Below are positions 27,811 through 38,024 of a stretch of 64,000 nucleotides of DNA, piece after piece (the first letter of the stretch is position 1; each line of letters begins with the position of its first letter). Origin of the DNA: an uncultured Pseudobdellovibrionaceae bacterium. Lineage in GTDB: Bacteria; Bdellovibrionota; FAC87; UBA2466. Both the position numbers and the translations under genes were made by a program. The stretch is from assembly GCA_964396165.1 (NCBI GenBank), contig CAYNEF010000018.1:436-64435 (forward strand), written 5' to 3'. The notes under the pieces are model-generated. The model ran no database searches, was not told the DNA's origin, and was given only the letters and a program-made list of their open reading frames with translations.

Positions 27811-28179
27811 ATGAAACATTCTGAAGGCTTTTTAAAAATCGTGAACGAATCAAAAAAAAATATTAAAGAAACATCCGTAGAGGGTGTGATTCAAAAATTG
27901 AAATCAGGCGAGAAATTCCATTTTGTCGATGTGCGTGAAGACGACGAGTGGAAAGCAGGCCGCGCAAAAGGCGCAATCCACTTAGGAAAAGGCGTAATAG
28001 AGCGCGATGTCGAATCTGTTCTTCCGAATAAAACGGAACAAATCATTTTGTATTGTGGGGGCGGCTTTCGTTCGGCCCTTGCAGCAGACGCGCTGCAGAA
28101 GATGGGTTACACAAATGTACTTTCTATGGATGGTGGAATGCGTGCTTGGCGTGAAAAGGGACTTCCGGAAGAAAAATAG
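27811..28179 (+). CDS. Rhodanese-like domain protein (sulfurtransferase)
   Basis: The active-site loop is ILYCGGGFRSALAADALQKMGY. The start is taken at the internal ATG (MKHSEGF). Confidence 0.75.
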   Translation: MKHSEGFLKIVNESKKNIKETSVEGVIQKLKSGEKFHFVDVREDDEWKAGRAKGAIHLGKGVIERDVESVLPNKTEQIILYCGGGFRSALAADALQKMGYTNVLSMDGGMRAWREKGLPEEK

Positions 28180-29637
28180 TTACTTTATAAGCTTTTCGTC
28201 CATTTTGGCGTGCTGACAAGTATTTTGCAAAGACTCGCTACTTACGAAGAGAGAAAATTTAGGACTTCCCGCGCAAAAGAAATATTTCTTTTTTTCCAAT
28301 TCTTGCTCGAGATATTTTGTCTCAGGCTTTGCCCTAACAAGTACTGCTCTTCCCTTTACCTCAGAAGGATTTGAAAGAAGAAAAGTTTCTACATCCCAGT
28401 ACCATAGAGAAACTTCGCGCACATCCCACTCCGTAGGTTCTATCCCCAATCCCTCAAGTGACTTCACGCCATTTGTTTTCAGCGCGTCCACAGTGCCTTT
28501 TAACTGGTAGTAATCGATGTCTGCTTTTCTTCGCATGGGAAGTGGAATCACTTGCCATACTAGTAAATACACCACTGCAATCCCCAGTCCCCAGTTCATC
28601 CATTTTTTTTCCGAGAACTTTAATGCCAATGGATAAAGTGCGATGGCCGCCAGCAGATTTGAAATGGGATAAACTGTGTAGAAGTAATGCAAATGCGTAA
28701 GCCCAATAGAACCATTGGCGAGTAAAAACAAAAAAGTTCCGACTCCCCCTACAAACAGCGCCTCTCGACAAGAACTTCTGACTTCTTCTTTAAAAGTGAA
28801 CAATCCTGCACCAGCAACCGCCAGTAAAATATGCAGTGAATGCGTCTGCCAAAATTTCTTCAAAAAAGCGATGAGGAACTGGATTTCAAAAACGCGTTCT
28901 GCAGCTCCATTCTGCACATGGTGTCTGTTCCAGTACAATTTCCAGAAAGAGTAACTTCCGTAGCTAGATTGAGCATAACAGAATAAAAAAACTATCAAGG
29001 CCGTTAGCCCCAGTGTTACCCAGAGTCCTCTAATTTTCCAAAAATCTTTCTTGTAATGATAAAGCGTGCTTGTTCCCATCAGAGCAATCATGGGAAGCGA
29101 CGCCAGTCCTTTTGTGAGAAAGGCACATCCTAAAAAAACGCCAGAAAGAACTTCATCTTTTAAATCTGGAAGAAGCAAACTTCTCCAAAAATAGTAAAAA
29201 GAACCTATCAAGAAAAATGTCAGCGGGACTTCGAAATAGAATGTAGGCATTCTACCGATAAAATAGATACTTAAAAGACTGACAAAACAAAAAACATTTG
29301 CAAAGCGTGCATCGACCAGTCTTTCACCCAAGCGATACAAATAGTAAAATGTCCCAGCGCCAAAAAAAACGCCTACTAAACGGCTCGTGATCTCGGACGC
29401 ACCAAAAAGTTTAAACACGAGTGCTTGAAACCAGATTCCTAAAAAAGGATGCTCATAAAACTGCGGGAAAAATTTTTCACCCGCATAGAGAGACCAGATA
29501 TTTCCTGAGCGTACGATGTTTCTGGCTACACTAGCAAACAGTGCAGGATCCAGCGATACGCCTATTTCGGTTAATCGGGTAATAACGACAAGAAGGACAA
29601 TGCCCACCCACACCCATGGGGCTTTTCTCTCACTCAT
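28180..29637 (-). CDS. GT-C fold glycosyltransferase, PMT_2/ArnT-like (glycosyltransferase family 39/83-type, polyprenyl-phosphate-sugar dependent)
   Basis: The protein has about 12 transmembrane helices. The N-terminal region ...LDPALFASVARNIVRSGNIWSLY...EHPFLGIWFQALVFKLFGASEITSRL... is typical of PMT/ArnT-family GT-C enzymes. Confidence 0.6.
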   Translation of the reverse strand: MSERKAPWVWVGIVLLVVITRLTEIGVSLDPALFASVARNIVRSGNIWSLYAGEKFFPQFYEHPFLGIWFQALVFKLFGASEITSRLVGVFFGAGTFYYLYRLGERLVDARFANVFCFVSLLSIYFIGRMPTFYFEVPLTFFLIGSFYYFWRSLLLPDLKDEVLSGVFLGCAFLTKGLASLPMIALMGTSTLYHYKKDFWKIRGLWVTLGLTALIVFLFCYAQSSYGSYSFWKLYWNRHHVQNGAAERVFEIQFLIAFLKKFWQTHSLHILLAVAGAGLFTFKEEVRSSCREALFVGGVGTFLFLLANGSIGLTHLHYFYTVYPISNLLAAIALYPLALKFSEKKWMNWGLGIAVVYLLVWQVIPLPMRRKADIDYYQLKGTVDALKTNGVKSLEGLGIEPTEWDVREVSLWYWDVETFLLSNPSEVKGRAVLVRAKPETKYLEQELEKKKYFFCAGSPKFSLFVSSESLQNTCQHAKMDEKLIK

Positions 29638-30563
29638 TTCATATCCTTTAAGATATTTTGGTACGTCTTTTCGACTAGAGACTCTTTAAGACGTTTCTTT
29701 TCGGCTACCAAGCGTGGTGAACCGCTATCAAATTCTTTTTTAAATTCCTCTGCAAATTTACCTGATTTCACTTCATCAAACATGGTTTGCATTTTCTGTT
29801 TCGCTTCTTCGTTAATCAAGCTTTGGCCACGTGTTAGCCCACCGAAAAAAGCGGTTGGGCTGATATTTTCTGCAAAGCCGTTTGGTCCAAATTTCATCCA
29901 CAATTCTGTAATCATGCGTGCTTCATAGCAACACTCAAAAAATGCCATTTCGGGCTTCATTCCATTTTTTACAAGCGTATTAAAGGCAGATTCCATCAGT
30001 TGCATGATCCCCCCGCAAAGAACTGTTTGCTCACCAAAAAGATCGCAATAGGTTTCTTCTTCAAACGTTGTCTCAAGCAGGTAGTTGCCGGCACAACCGA
30101 TTGCCTTTGCATAACCCAGTGCCAATTCTTTTGCGTTGCCAGTAAAGGCATAGACTGCAGGCAAGCCACCGCCTTTTACAAAGTTATCTCTTAAGATAGC
30201 CCCTGCTCCTTTAGGCCCGACTAAAAAATAAGAACAGTTATCCAGTCGCTCAATCAATTTGTACGTGTAGGCAAAACCGTGGGCAAAACCAATGTACTTC
30301 GGCGTTTTCTTTAAAACAGGCAAAAGTTCCCGGTGGACTTCGGGACTAACCAGATCAGGGAGTAAAAAAACAACGGCATCGCAGCTCGACGCCACTTCTA
30401 AAAAAGAAGCAGGCTTAAACCCGTCTTTCACAGCTAAGTCCCAACCTTTGCCAGGACGCGCCCCTACCCTGACCGTCATCCCACTATCTCTTAAATTCAA
30501 TGCATGAGCGCGGCCCTGGTTGCCATAACCCAGTATGCCAAAGGAGAGCTTTTTAAGATCCAT
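29634..30563 (-). CDS. ilvC: Ketol-acid reductoisomerase (class I)
   Basis: The NADPH-binding motif [20 protein letters not shown] and the KARI C-terminal knotted domain are present. The start is taken at MDLKK (30563) to avoid overlapping uvrB. The ORF-track alternative start is 30599. Confidence 0.85.
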   Translation of the reverse strand: MDLKKLSFGILGYGNQGRAHALNLRDSGMTVRVGARPGKGWDLAVKDGFKPASFLEVASSCDAVVFLLPDLVSPEVHRELLPVLKKTPKYIGFAHGFAYTYKLIERLDNCSYFLVGPKGAGAILRDNFVKGGGLPAVYAFTGNAKELALGYAKAIGCAGNYLLETTFEEETYCDLFGEQTVLCGGIMQLMESAFNTLVKNGMKPEMAFFECCYEARMITELWMKFGPNGFAENISPTAFFGGLTRGQSLINEEAKQKMQTMFDEVKSGKFAEEFKKEFDSGSPRLVAEKKRLKESLVEKTYQNILKDMK

Positions 30564-30588
30564 ATACAGTTGTATACTTCCCCTCATG

Positions 30589-32586
30589 TCGGAATTCAAA
30601 CTTGTAAGCCCACACGAGCCCAGAGGAGATCAGCCAGCCGCCATCAAAGCGCTGACAGAAGCCCTGGAAAAAGGAAGACGCGATTCCGTCCTTTTAGGGG
30701 TAACGGGTTCAGGCAAAACTTTTTCCATGGCGCATACAATCCAGAACCTGCAAAAGCCCGCACTCGTCATGGCGCCGAACAAGACATTAGCGGCCCAGCT
30801 CTATGCAGAGTTCAAAGAATTATTCCCGAAAAATGCAGTTGAATACTTTGTGAGTTACTACGATTACTACCAACCGGAAGCCTATATTCCTTCTACCGAT
30901 ACGTTTATCGAAAAAGATTCTGCAATTAACGATCAAATTGATCAATTAAGACATTCAGCGACGCGAAATCTGCTTTCCCGACGCGATGTGATCATCGTTG
31001 CCAGCGTTTCGTGCATTTATGGTCTTGGTTCTCCCGATATTTACCGCGAAATGGTCATTACCCTGGATAAGGGTCAAAGCTACCGAAGAGACAGTTTTTT
31101 AATGCAATTAATTGAGATTCAATACGAGCGTAACGATGTGGATTTTCACCGCGGTACGTTTCGCGTAAGAGGCGATGTTGTGGAAATCTTCCCTTCTTTC
31201 GAAGAATCAGACGCCTACCGCATCCAGTTCTGGGGAGACGAAATAGAAAAACTGTCCAAGATAGATCCTATCTCAGGAAAAACTACGGAAGAACTCGAGC
31301 ATGTCGCAATCTACCCCGGAAGCCATTACGTCACTGATAAACAACAACTTAAGAAATCCATTCGCTCTATCCAAGATGAGTTGCAGATACGCTTACAGGA
31401 ATTAAAATCGTTAAATAAACTTGTGGAAGCACAGCGTCTGGAGAGCCGTACTTATTACGACATCGAAATGCTCGAAGAAATGGGATTTTGTAACGGTATT
31501 GAAAACTACAGCCGTCACATGACTGGAAGAAAACCCGGTGAACCGCCTCCGACCCTTATCGAATATTTTCCAGAAGATTTTTTGCTCTTTATTGATGAAA
31601 GCCACGTCACGGTCCCGCAAGTGGGAGGAATGTACCGAGGGGATAGAGCACGTAAAATGACTCTTGTTGAACACGGGTTTCGACTGCCTTCGGCGCTCGA
31701 CAACAGGCCTTTAAATTTTTCCGAGTTCGAAGGGCTTATCAACAAAGTAGTCTATGTTTCTGCGACTCCGGGCAAATACGAAATGGAGAAGTCAAAAGGC
31801 TACGTGGTCGAACAAATCATTCGCCCCACCGGACTTTTGGATCCCGAAGTGATTGTAAAACCTGCACGTGGCAGCGTGGATGATTTATTCGGTGAAGTAA
31901 AAAAACGCGTCGAAAAAAAAGAACGTGTCTTGATTACGACTCTCACAAAACGCATGGCGGAAGATTTGACCGAGTATTATCAAAAAATGGGCATCAAGGT
32001 GCAATACCTGCATTCCGACATTGATGCCTTACAGCGCGTAGAAATTTTACGCCAGTTAAGACTTGGGACTTTTGATGTTTTAGTCGGTATCAACCTGCTT
32101 AGAGAAGGGTTGGATATTCCAGAGTGTAGTCTTGTTGCGATCATGGACGCAGATAAAGAAGGTTTTTTACGAAGCCAGACATCACTCATTCAAACTATCG
32201 GAAGAGCCGCGAGAAACGTGAATGGAAAAGTAATTTTGTATGCCGATAGAATCACAGACTCCATGAAATTTGCACTCAGTGAAACAGAACGCCGTAAAAA
32301 AATTCAAATCGAATACAACACGAAACACGGTATTACTCCGCAAACGATCAAAAAGAACATCCACGATCCGATGTATCAAACAGAGCAAATGGATTACTTT
32401 GAAGTTTCCATCTCCAAGAAAAAAGGCAAAGCCGTACCCGATAAGGATGTTCCTAAAGAAATAGATAAGCTTGAAAAACTGATGAAAAAAGCCGCCCACG
32501 ATCTCGACTTTGAAAAAGCCGCAGAACTCAGGGACGAATTGACGTTACTCAAACGTCGGCAATTAGGGCTATTGGTTGTTGCCTAA
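30589..32586 (+). CDS. uvrB: Excinuclease ABC subunit B
   Basis: The Walker A motif GVTGSGKTF, the beta-hairpin region, helicase motifs and the C-terminal UvrC-interaction motif [12 protein letters not shown] are all present. The length is about 665 aa from MSEFKLV. Confidence 0.95.
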   Translation, partial: SEFKLVSPHEPRGDQPAAIKALTEALEKGRRDSVLLGVTGSGKTFSMAHTIQNLQKPALVMAPNKTLAAQLYAEFKELFPKNAVEYFVSYYDYYQPEAYIPSTDTFIEKDSAINDQIDQLRHSATRNLLSRRDVIIVASVSCIYGLGSPDIYREMVITLDKGQSYRRDSFLMQLIEIQYERNDVDFHRGTFRVRGDVVEIFPSFEESDAYRIQFWGDEIEKLSKIDPISGKTTEELEHVAIYPGSHYVTDKQQLKKSIRSIQDELQIRLQELKSLNKLVEAQRLESRTYYDIEMLEEMGFCNGIENYSRHMTGRKPGEPPPTLIEYFPEDFLLFIDESHVTVPQVGGMYRGDRARKMTLVEHGFRLPSALDNRPLNFSEFEGLINKVVYVSATPGKYEMEKSKGYVVEQIIRPTGLLDPEVIVKPARGSVDDLFGEVKKRVEKKERVLITTLTKRMAEDLTEYYQKMGIKVQYLHSDIDALQRVEILRQLRLGTFDVLVGINLLREGLDIPECSLVAIMDADKEGFLRSQTSLIQTIGRAARNVNGKVILYADRITDSMKFALSETERRKKIQIEYNTKHGITPQTIKKNIHDPMYQTEQMDYFEVSISKKKGKAVPDKDVPKEIDKLEKLMKKAAHDLDFEKAAELRDELTLLKRRQLGLLVVA

Positions 32587-32588
32587 GA

Positions 32589-33119
32589 CTAGCGTTCTAC
32601 AATATGAAAATCGACTTGTCTGAATTCAGGCAAGGGATGAGATGCATCCACGCAAGGGCTGCCGTACAAAAGTGCTGGCGCCATCAAGTAAGCTTGGGGT
32701 GTGCTGCTTCCTTTTACATAGCGAATAGCTTGTCCGGGAACTTCGAGTTTTAATACGAATTGTAATCCAGTTAAAAATTGATTGCTGCTTCTCGAATGTA
32801 AACCCACACTGGTTAAATCTGCCTGCCATGTCCATCCCGCAGTGGCTCGCATTGGCATTTCACTTTGGTATGCCCAATCAAAATTTTGATTGTTGCCGGC
32901 ACCTAAAGCGTTATAGCCTTTCCATCCGTAGATGAGGCTCACTTTTGTTCCCCAGGGGAGCTTCACACTTTGAAATACTACACGGTAATCACCACTCGTA
33001 TTTGAATAGTAGCTGCACGAATTTGTATAGCTTCTGCCGTAAAGAGCCAGGTGTTCACCTTCGCCTGCATGACTGCTGATTGCTGTGAAAAGTGCAAGAA
33101 TAACGAGATATGACTTCAT
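32589..33119 (-). CDS. Secreted hypothetical protein
   Basis: The signal peptide is MKSYLVILALFTAISSHA. The protein is 176 aa, W/Y-rich, and has no recognisable family. Confidence 0.45.
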   Translation of the reverse strand: MKSYLVILALFTAISSHAGEGEHLALYGRSYTNSCSYYSNTSGDYRVVFQSVKLPWGTKVSLIYGWKGYNALGAGNNQNFDWAYQSEMPMRATAGWTWQADLTSVGLHSRSSNQFLTGLQFVLKLEVPGQAIRYVKGSSTPQAYLMAPALLYGSPCVDASHPLPEFRQVDFHIVER

Positions 33120-33172
33120 ACTAACTCCCTTTTATGAAGCACTGAATTATCTTATGGCACTACTCAAGTCAA

Positions 33173-35095
33173 TTATACTTTGGTACCGACTGCAACCCAG
33201 AAAGGTGGGCGCTCTGAAAATCGGATGTCTTTGAAACCAGAATTAATGAGCATTTGCTCAATTTCCTGACGGGTATAACGTTTTTCTAAACGTGTGCCGA
33301 ATCTATCGAGCGCATCCGTACGCATTACATAGAATGCCTTGTCACGGTAATAAGACAACGTCCAAGATTCTGGTAATACTCGCATGAAGTGTAAAAGATT
33401 TGCGACGCGGGCAAGCGGCCAGTATAAAAACAACGCAACTAACTGACTGACCGTATATTTCAGTCTGAACGGCAAACGAGAAATCACTCGACGAGCAAGA
33501 TCGGAAACACGCCAAATAAATTTGTACAGATCTCCTCTATTATCTAAAGCGTAATAAATATAAACAAGGAATGGTGCGCCTGGTTTCAGTTTTTCAGCAA
33601 TCGCTTTCATCCCGGCTTCCGTATCAGGAATGTGGTGCAAAACACCAATGCTGTAAGCAAAATCGAGAGATTCTTTTTCAAAAGGAAGTTCTGCAATGCT
33701 TGCGTGTTTGAAGTCGATATTAGGAAATTGCTTCAAATTCGCCCGCGCAACATTTAACGCTCGTGCACTCGCATCGACACAGACAAGATTTTCTACACGA
33801 GGTGAAACAAACGTCGCCCACCGACCACTTCCACATCCGATATCTGCTCCGACACCACCGCTAGGAGGAAGTTTTTGCCAAGGAAAGATGGAAAAATACT
33901 CATCGAAAATCTTTTCCAGTTCCAATTTGTTAAGCTGCGTTTGCGGAAATGCCGCCCACTCTTCTCCAAAATTTTCTGTTACTTTCAGATCGATATTTCC
34001 GAAATGGACAGGCAACTTAAGGCGCTGGACAACCTCGTTTAAGATTTGCACTACTTTGGGAGCGTACACCTTGATGCTATAACCCGTGTTTACTTTTTCT
34101 AAGCCTCTTTTACCCATTTCCGTTCGGGTAGTCTTTTGCAGATACAATTTCTCGAGAGCTAAAAACCATTCTTCATCGGTCGTGGCAAGATAACCAGACT
34201 TGCCATGATCGACTAGTTCTTCATTCACGCCCACAGGACTTGCTACAACAGGCAGGCCGCATGCCATGTATTGAATCAATTTAAACCCGCATTTGCCTCT
34301 CGACCAAGGATCGTCGGTCAAAGGCATGATCCCCACATCAAATTTTTTCAATTCTTCCAGTTCAGACTCTTCGCTCCACTCGCGTACGGTGAGAGGAACT
34401 CCGGGAAGTTCAATCGCACCCGAACCGACAAGAATCAGTTTTGCCGGGTACTTTTCGCAAAAGCGTCTTAATGCCAGAGCTTTTTCTTTTACATAAGCCA
34501 CTGTCGAGGGGGAACCAATCCAACCGATTGTAAAAAGCTCGTGTTCCGGCCGTGTGCCATCCGCATTATAGCCCGCATTGTATCTATCGGGATCCACCAC
34601 CGTAGGAATGATAGAAATATGTTCGGATGTTTTTGAAGCGTAACGGGCAAGATAACGGTTTCCTGCGAGTACCGCTTTGGAATGCTTGATCACCCGTTGG
34701 ATTTTCTTTTTTAGCAAAAACCGTAAAATCGGATTTTTATTGGCATCGTATTGATGAAAAATAGCGTCATCAAAATCGTAGACGTAATTTACGCCAAAAA
34801 GATCCAGCACCCATTCAAAAAAGGGCGGCAAATAGGGGAAAAGTTCGTAATGGAGTACAACTGCATCGTATTCTTTAATCTTTAAAATCTTGTTAATGCG
34901 CCCCAGATAGGCTCTTAAAACCGTTGTGAAATGAAATCTTCCGGTCAAAAACTTAAAGCGCAAATAATTATCATCTAGAAGAGGAGAAACATCGCACTCA
35001 ATGCCGGCCGTTTCCAGATACGGAACATACTGCAGGCAGCGATACCGCGTGTTTGCGGCAAGGCGATCATACTTGGTCAAAAATAAAACTTTCAT
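33173..35095 (-). CDS. Bifunctional glycosyltransferase family 4 (GT-B) / class I SAM-dependent methyltransferase fusion
   Basis: The N-terminal half has the GT1/GT4 C-domain signature (GIMPLTDDPWSRGKCGFKLIQYMACGLPVVASPVGVNEELV). The C-terminal half has the SAM motif I (GADIGCGSGRWATFV) and motif post-I (ENLVCVDAS). The start is taken at MKVLFLTKYD. Confidence 0.7.
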   Translation of the reverse strand: MKVLFLTKYDRLAANTRYRCLQYVPYLETAGIECDVSPLLDDNYLRFKFLTGRFHFTTVLRAYLGRINKILKIKEYDAVVLHYELFPYLPPFFEWVLDLFGVNYVYDFDDAIFHQYDANKNPILRFLLKKKIQRVIKHSKAVLAGNRYLARYASKTSEHISIIPTVVDPDRYNAGYNADGTRPEHELFTIGWIGSPSTVAYVKEKALALRRFCEKYPAKLILVGSGAIELPGVPLTVREWSEESELEELKKFDVGIMPLTDDPWSRGKCGFKLIQYMACGLPVVASPVGVNEELVDHGKSGYLATTDEEWFLALEKLYLQKTTRTEMGKRGLEKVNTGYSIKVYAPKVVQILNEVVQRLKLPVHFGNIDLKVTENFGEEWAAFPQTQLNKLELEKIFDEYFSIFPWQKLPPSGGVGADIGCGSGRWATFVSPRVENLVCVDASARALNVARANLKQFPNIDFKHASIAELPFEKESLDFAYSIGVLHHIPDTEAGMKAIAEKLKPGAPFLVYIYYALDNRGDLYKFIWRVSDLARRVISRLPFRLKYTVSQLVALFLYWPLARVANLLHFMRVLPESWTLSYYRDKAFYVMRTDALDRFGTRLEKRYTRQEIEQMLINSGFKDIRFSERPPFWVAVGTKV

Positions 35096-35176
35096 AGTTA
35101 GCCAGTGGTACAGACTATCGCTGGGCCGAGCAATAAAAGTCAACGATTGCTAGAGTTAACGCATTGTATAATTTAA

Positions 35177-36061
35177 TTAAATACACCTAGATTCGCCACA
35201 ACTTCCCCGGGAAGTCTGGCAAGAGACTTTCCCCTCAGCTTCGATCGTAAATTCAATAAAGCCATGCCAGTCCGTTCTTAAGATTTCACTGCCAACAGAT
35301 CTTAATCTCTGCACCACAAAATCCTTGGGATGCCCATACCGATTCCCCCACCCGGTTGAAAGAACACTCCACTTAGGAAGAGTTTTTCTTAAAAAAGGTT
35401 TGGTGGTGGAAGTTTTGCTTCCATGGTGCGCTACTTTTAACAAGTGCACAGGAGCAGTTATGTACTTTGCCATTTCCCTCTCCCCCTCCTCTTCAATGTC
35501 TCCTGTGAGTAAAATCCGACAGCCGCCATAACGAACCAAAAGAACAAGGCATTGGTTATTCTCGCCCTCACCTCTCGAAGGAAAAACCTCCATCTCGACT
35601 CCCTGCCAATTCAAACTTTCTTGAACGGGGAAAAAACGAGCCGGGACATTTTGCCGCTTGAATATCCACTCCGTTTGCCACAGAAGTGGGACAATCTGCT
35701 CCCCATTGAAAACTGGATTGAGCCAGTATTCGCCAATAGACATATTGGGTGCGAGATCTGTAAAACCCAGAATGTGGTCACTATCGGGATGGGTGAGCAT
35801 CACAGCATCAAGCTTCAAAATGCCTTTTGAGCGCAACTCGGGAACAAGCATTTTCCCAGCAGTAAACCGAGGACTGCCGCCGCCCCCATCGATGAGCAAA
35901 TTTTTCCCTTCGGGAAATTGCAATAAAATGGAATCGCCCTGCCCGACATCTAAGAATGTCAGTTTTAAATGGTGGCTAAAAAAACGTTCTTTGAGTTGAA
36001 AGGAAAGTAAAACCGAAAAAACGCAAACCAATAGCAAAAAGTACAAAAACCCTTTTTTCAT
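35177..36061 (-). CDS. MBL-fold metallo-hydrolase, ComEC C-terminal-domain-like, with an N-terminal signal or anchor
   Basis: FLDVGQGDSILLQFPEGKNLLIDGGG matches the ComEC-type lactamase_B signature. VMLTHPDSDHILG is the HxHxDH motif. This is a stand-alone 294 aa protein. Confidence 0.6.
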   Translation of the reverse strand: MKKGFLYFLLLVCVFSVLLSFQLKERFFSHHLKLTFLDVGQGDSILLQFPEGKNLLIDGGGGSPRFTAGKMLVPELRSKGILKLDAVMLTHPDSDHILGFTDLAPNMSIGEYWLNPVFNGEQIVPLLWQTEWIFKRQNVPARFFPVQESLNWQGVEMEVFPSRGEGENNQCLVLLVRYGGCRILLTGDIEEEGEREMAKYITAPVHLLKVAHHGSKTSTTKPFLRKTLPKWSVLSTGWGNRYGHPKDFVVQRLRSVGSEILRTDWHGFIEFTIEAEGKVSCQTSRGSCGESRCI

Positions 36062-36098
36062 TCAAAAAGGGTTAGCACTGGACAGTTACTCCGTCAGG

Positions 36099-36908
36099 TT
36101 AACGCTCCCCTAAAAATGCATTTAATTTGATAGAGCCGGTTGCAAAGATTCGCGCCCGGCCTGTGAGCAATACCGAGTTTGGCAGCACTTCAACACCAAG
36201 GACTCCGCTTCTTGCGGAAGCCTGAAACGCTATCAACTTTTTCTTCGCCAGTTTTTCAGCCCAGTACGGCCCGAGATAACAATGAGCGGAGCCTGTCACG
36301 GGATCTTCGGGAATGCCTTCGTTGGGAAAAAAGCAGCGAGAAACAAAGTCATACGCAGGTTCCATGCTTTTCGAAGTCACATAAATTCCTCGAAAAGAAA
36401 GCGCCTTAAAAAGGGTAATAGCCGGTTCAAACGAAATCACTTCGGTGGCATCTTTCATCTCTACTATCAGGTTTTTATCTGCCAGAGAGAAAGAAACGGC
36501 TTCGGGAAAGAGCTCTTTTAATTGCGCTTCGGGTTCCTTTAAAGCTTGTACATCGTATTTAGGAAATTCAAGTTCCACACCTTCACTTGTTTTTGCACAA
36601 CGAAACTGACGGCCTTTGGAATGAAAGTGGATCGTATTTTCACTCACGCCACTTGCCCACAAGGCTTGTGCCGAAGCAAGTGTCCCATGCCCACAAAGAT
36701 TCACTTCACAAAGCGGTGTAAACCATCGAATGTCGTAGCCCTGACTCACCGGCAATACAAAAGCCGTTTCCGATAAGTTGAACTGGGTGGCAATATTTTG
36801 CATCGTTGTATGAGACAACTTCTCTTTTAATAGGCATACGGCCGCCGGATTTCCGGTAAAGGGTTTGCTCGCAAAGGCTTCAATTAAAAAGTAGGGTATT
36901 TCATTCAT
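36099..36908 (-). CDS. PhzF family phenazine-biosynthesis-like isomerase
   Basis: IPYFLIEAFASKPFTGNPAAVCLL is the PhzF N-terminal motif. The protein is 269 aa with the DAP-epimerase-like fold pattern. Confidence 0.8.
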   Translation of the reverse strand: MNEIPYFLIEAFASKPFTGNPAAVCLLKEKLSHTTMQNIATQFNLSETAFVLPVSQGYDIRWFTPLCEVNLCGHGTLASAQALWASGVSENTIHFHSKGRQFRCAKTSEGVELEFPKYDVQALKEPEAQLKELFPEAVSFSLADKNLIVEMKDATEVISFEPAITLFKALSFRGIYVTSKSMEPAYDFVSRCFFPNEGIPEDPVTGSAHCYLGPYWAEKLAKKKLIAFQASARSGVLGVEVLPNSVLLTGRARIFATGSIKLNAFLGER

Positions 36909-36947
36909 AACCCATGAAGATATATACCAAACTCGAGGAAGCTGGTA

Positions 36948-38006
36948 TTGAAATGCACAGGAAGGGATGGTTTAATAGAAGCTATGCAACATACTCCTAG
37001 ACTTTGTATTGATGGGCGTGCCGCAAAAGATTTTATGGCAAAGGGCCTTGTCGCCCAGGAAGTAATCGATCAACTTGTTTCCGCTCAAGGCGAAAACGGA
37101 ATTTCCAGTGAGTGGATTGAAAAACACAGAACTGTACTTCTCTCCCACCCCAGTCAGGTTTTTAGCGGACAACTAAAACGTTTTGATACGCGCAAAAAAA
37201 TTGGCTCTACTCCGATTGATTGGATTTGGAATAAACAATTTGTAAAAAAAGCCAACATCAGTCTTTTGCACCGCTTTGTTCCTGTGGATAGAGCGAAGGG
37301 CACACTGCCACTTCCTGTAATCAATACGCTTTTACCCGCAAACGATAAACTCCCGTTTTTTCTTTCTAAAAACGAAAACCAGATTTACGTAGTGCCTTCC
37401 ACTTTAGATGCGATGGTGCTCGAGAAGAAATACCAGATAGCGCCGGAGCAAATCACGCTCGTGCAATCAGCTGTCAGAAGATACGTTCACTTTGTAGACA
37501 GAATGAAGCCCGCGTTTGAAGGATTTATTTTGATTCTCGTGGGTGATTCCAAAGACGCAGAGATGGTACCCAAACTGCGCGAAGTTCTCACAAAACGTTT
37601 TCCGACCATCCAGCAAAAAGTCATGGTGTTAAAAAATAATACCAATGTGTCGGCAGTGCAATGGATGAAGCTTTTGCAGAACACGCGTCTATGCGTGTAT
37701 TTAAATTCGCAGCCCTTTGATTGGGCGACACTAGCGCTGGAAACTTTTTACTGGGATATTCCGACTGTGTTCTCAGATAAAAATAATACGCTGAATGAAC
37801 TGCTTCCGCATTGCTCACTGACTTTGTCGCAGTTTTTAGTCAATCAGCCGGGATTTGAAGAGTTAAAAGTACAATCACAAAAAGCACGAGACGGTTTATT
37901 TGACCGTGGTGTCTTTGATGCCTTTTCTCTCGCCAGACAGTACCGAAAAATCTATTCAGAGTTTTCAACTACACCGACTAAAGAAGTGGCTAACACCACG
38001 GTCTAA
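36948..38006 (+). CDS. Hypothetical protein (C-terminal half weakly GT-B glycosyltransferase-like)
   Basis: This is a 352 aa ORF with a TTG start. An alternative ATG start is at 36984. The segment FILILVGDSKDAEMVPKLREV resembles the GT-B C-domain. The family is not confirmed. Confidence 0.4.
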   Translation: MKCTGRDGLIEAMQHTPRLCIDGRAAKDFMAKGLVAQEVIDQLVSAQGENGISSEWIEKHRTVLLSHPSQVFSGQLKRFDTRKKIGSTPIDWIWNKQFVKKANISLLHRFVPVDRAKGTLPLPVINTLLPANDKLPFFLSKNENQIYVVPSTLDAMVLEKKYQIAPEQITLVQSAVRRYVHFVDRMKPAFEGFILILVGDSKDAEMVPKLREVLTKRFPTIQQKVMVLKNNTNVSAVQWMKLLQNTRLCVYLNSQPFDWATLALETFYWDIPTVFSDKNNTLNELLPHCSLTLSQFLVNQPGFEELKVQSQKARDGLFDRGVFDAFSLARQYRKIYSEFSTTPTKEVANTTV

Positions 38007-38024
38007 TAAGTTTAGACTTTCGAT

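Noticed and set aside
28454-28954. Small ORFs on both strands within the GT-C glycosyltransferase gene.
   Set aside because: They are embedded in a well-supported 485 aa membrane-protein gene and are alternate-frame artefacts.
32617-32640. Near-palindrome CTTGTCTGAATTCAGGCAAG just after uvrB.
   Set aside because: It lies inside the C-terminal coding region of the minus-strand secreted-protein gene (stop at 32589), has one mismatch and lacks a U-tract. It was not called as a terminator.
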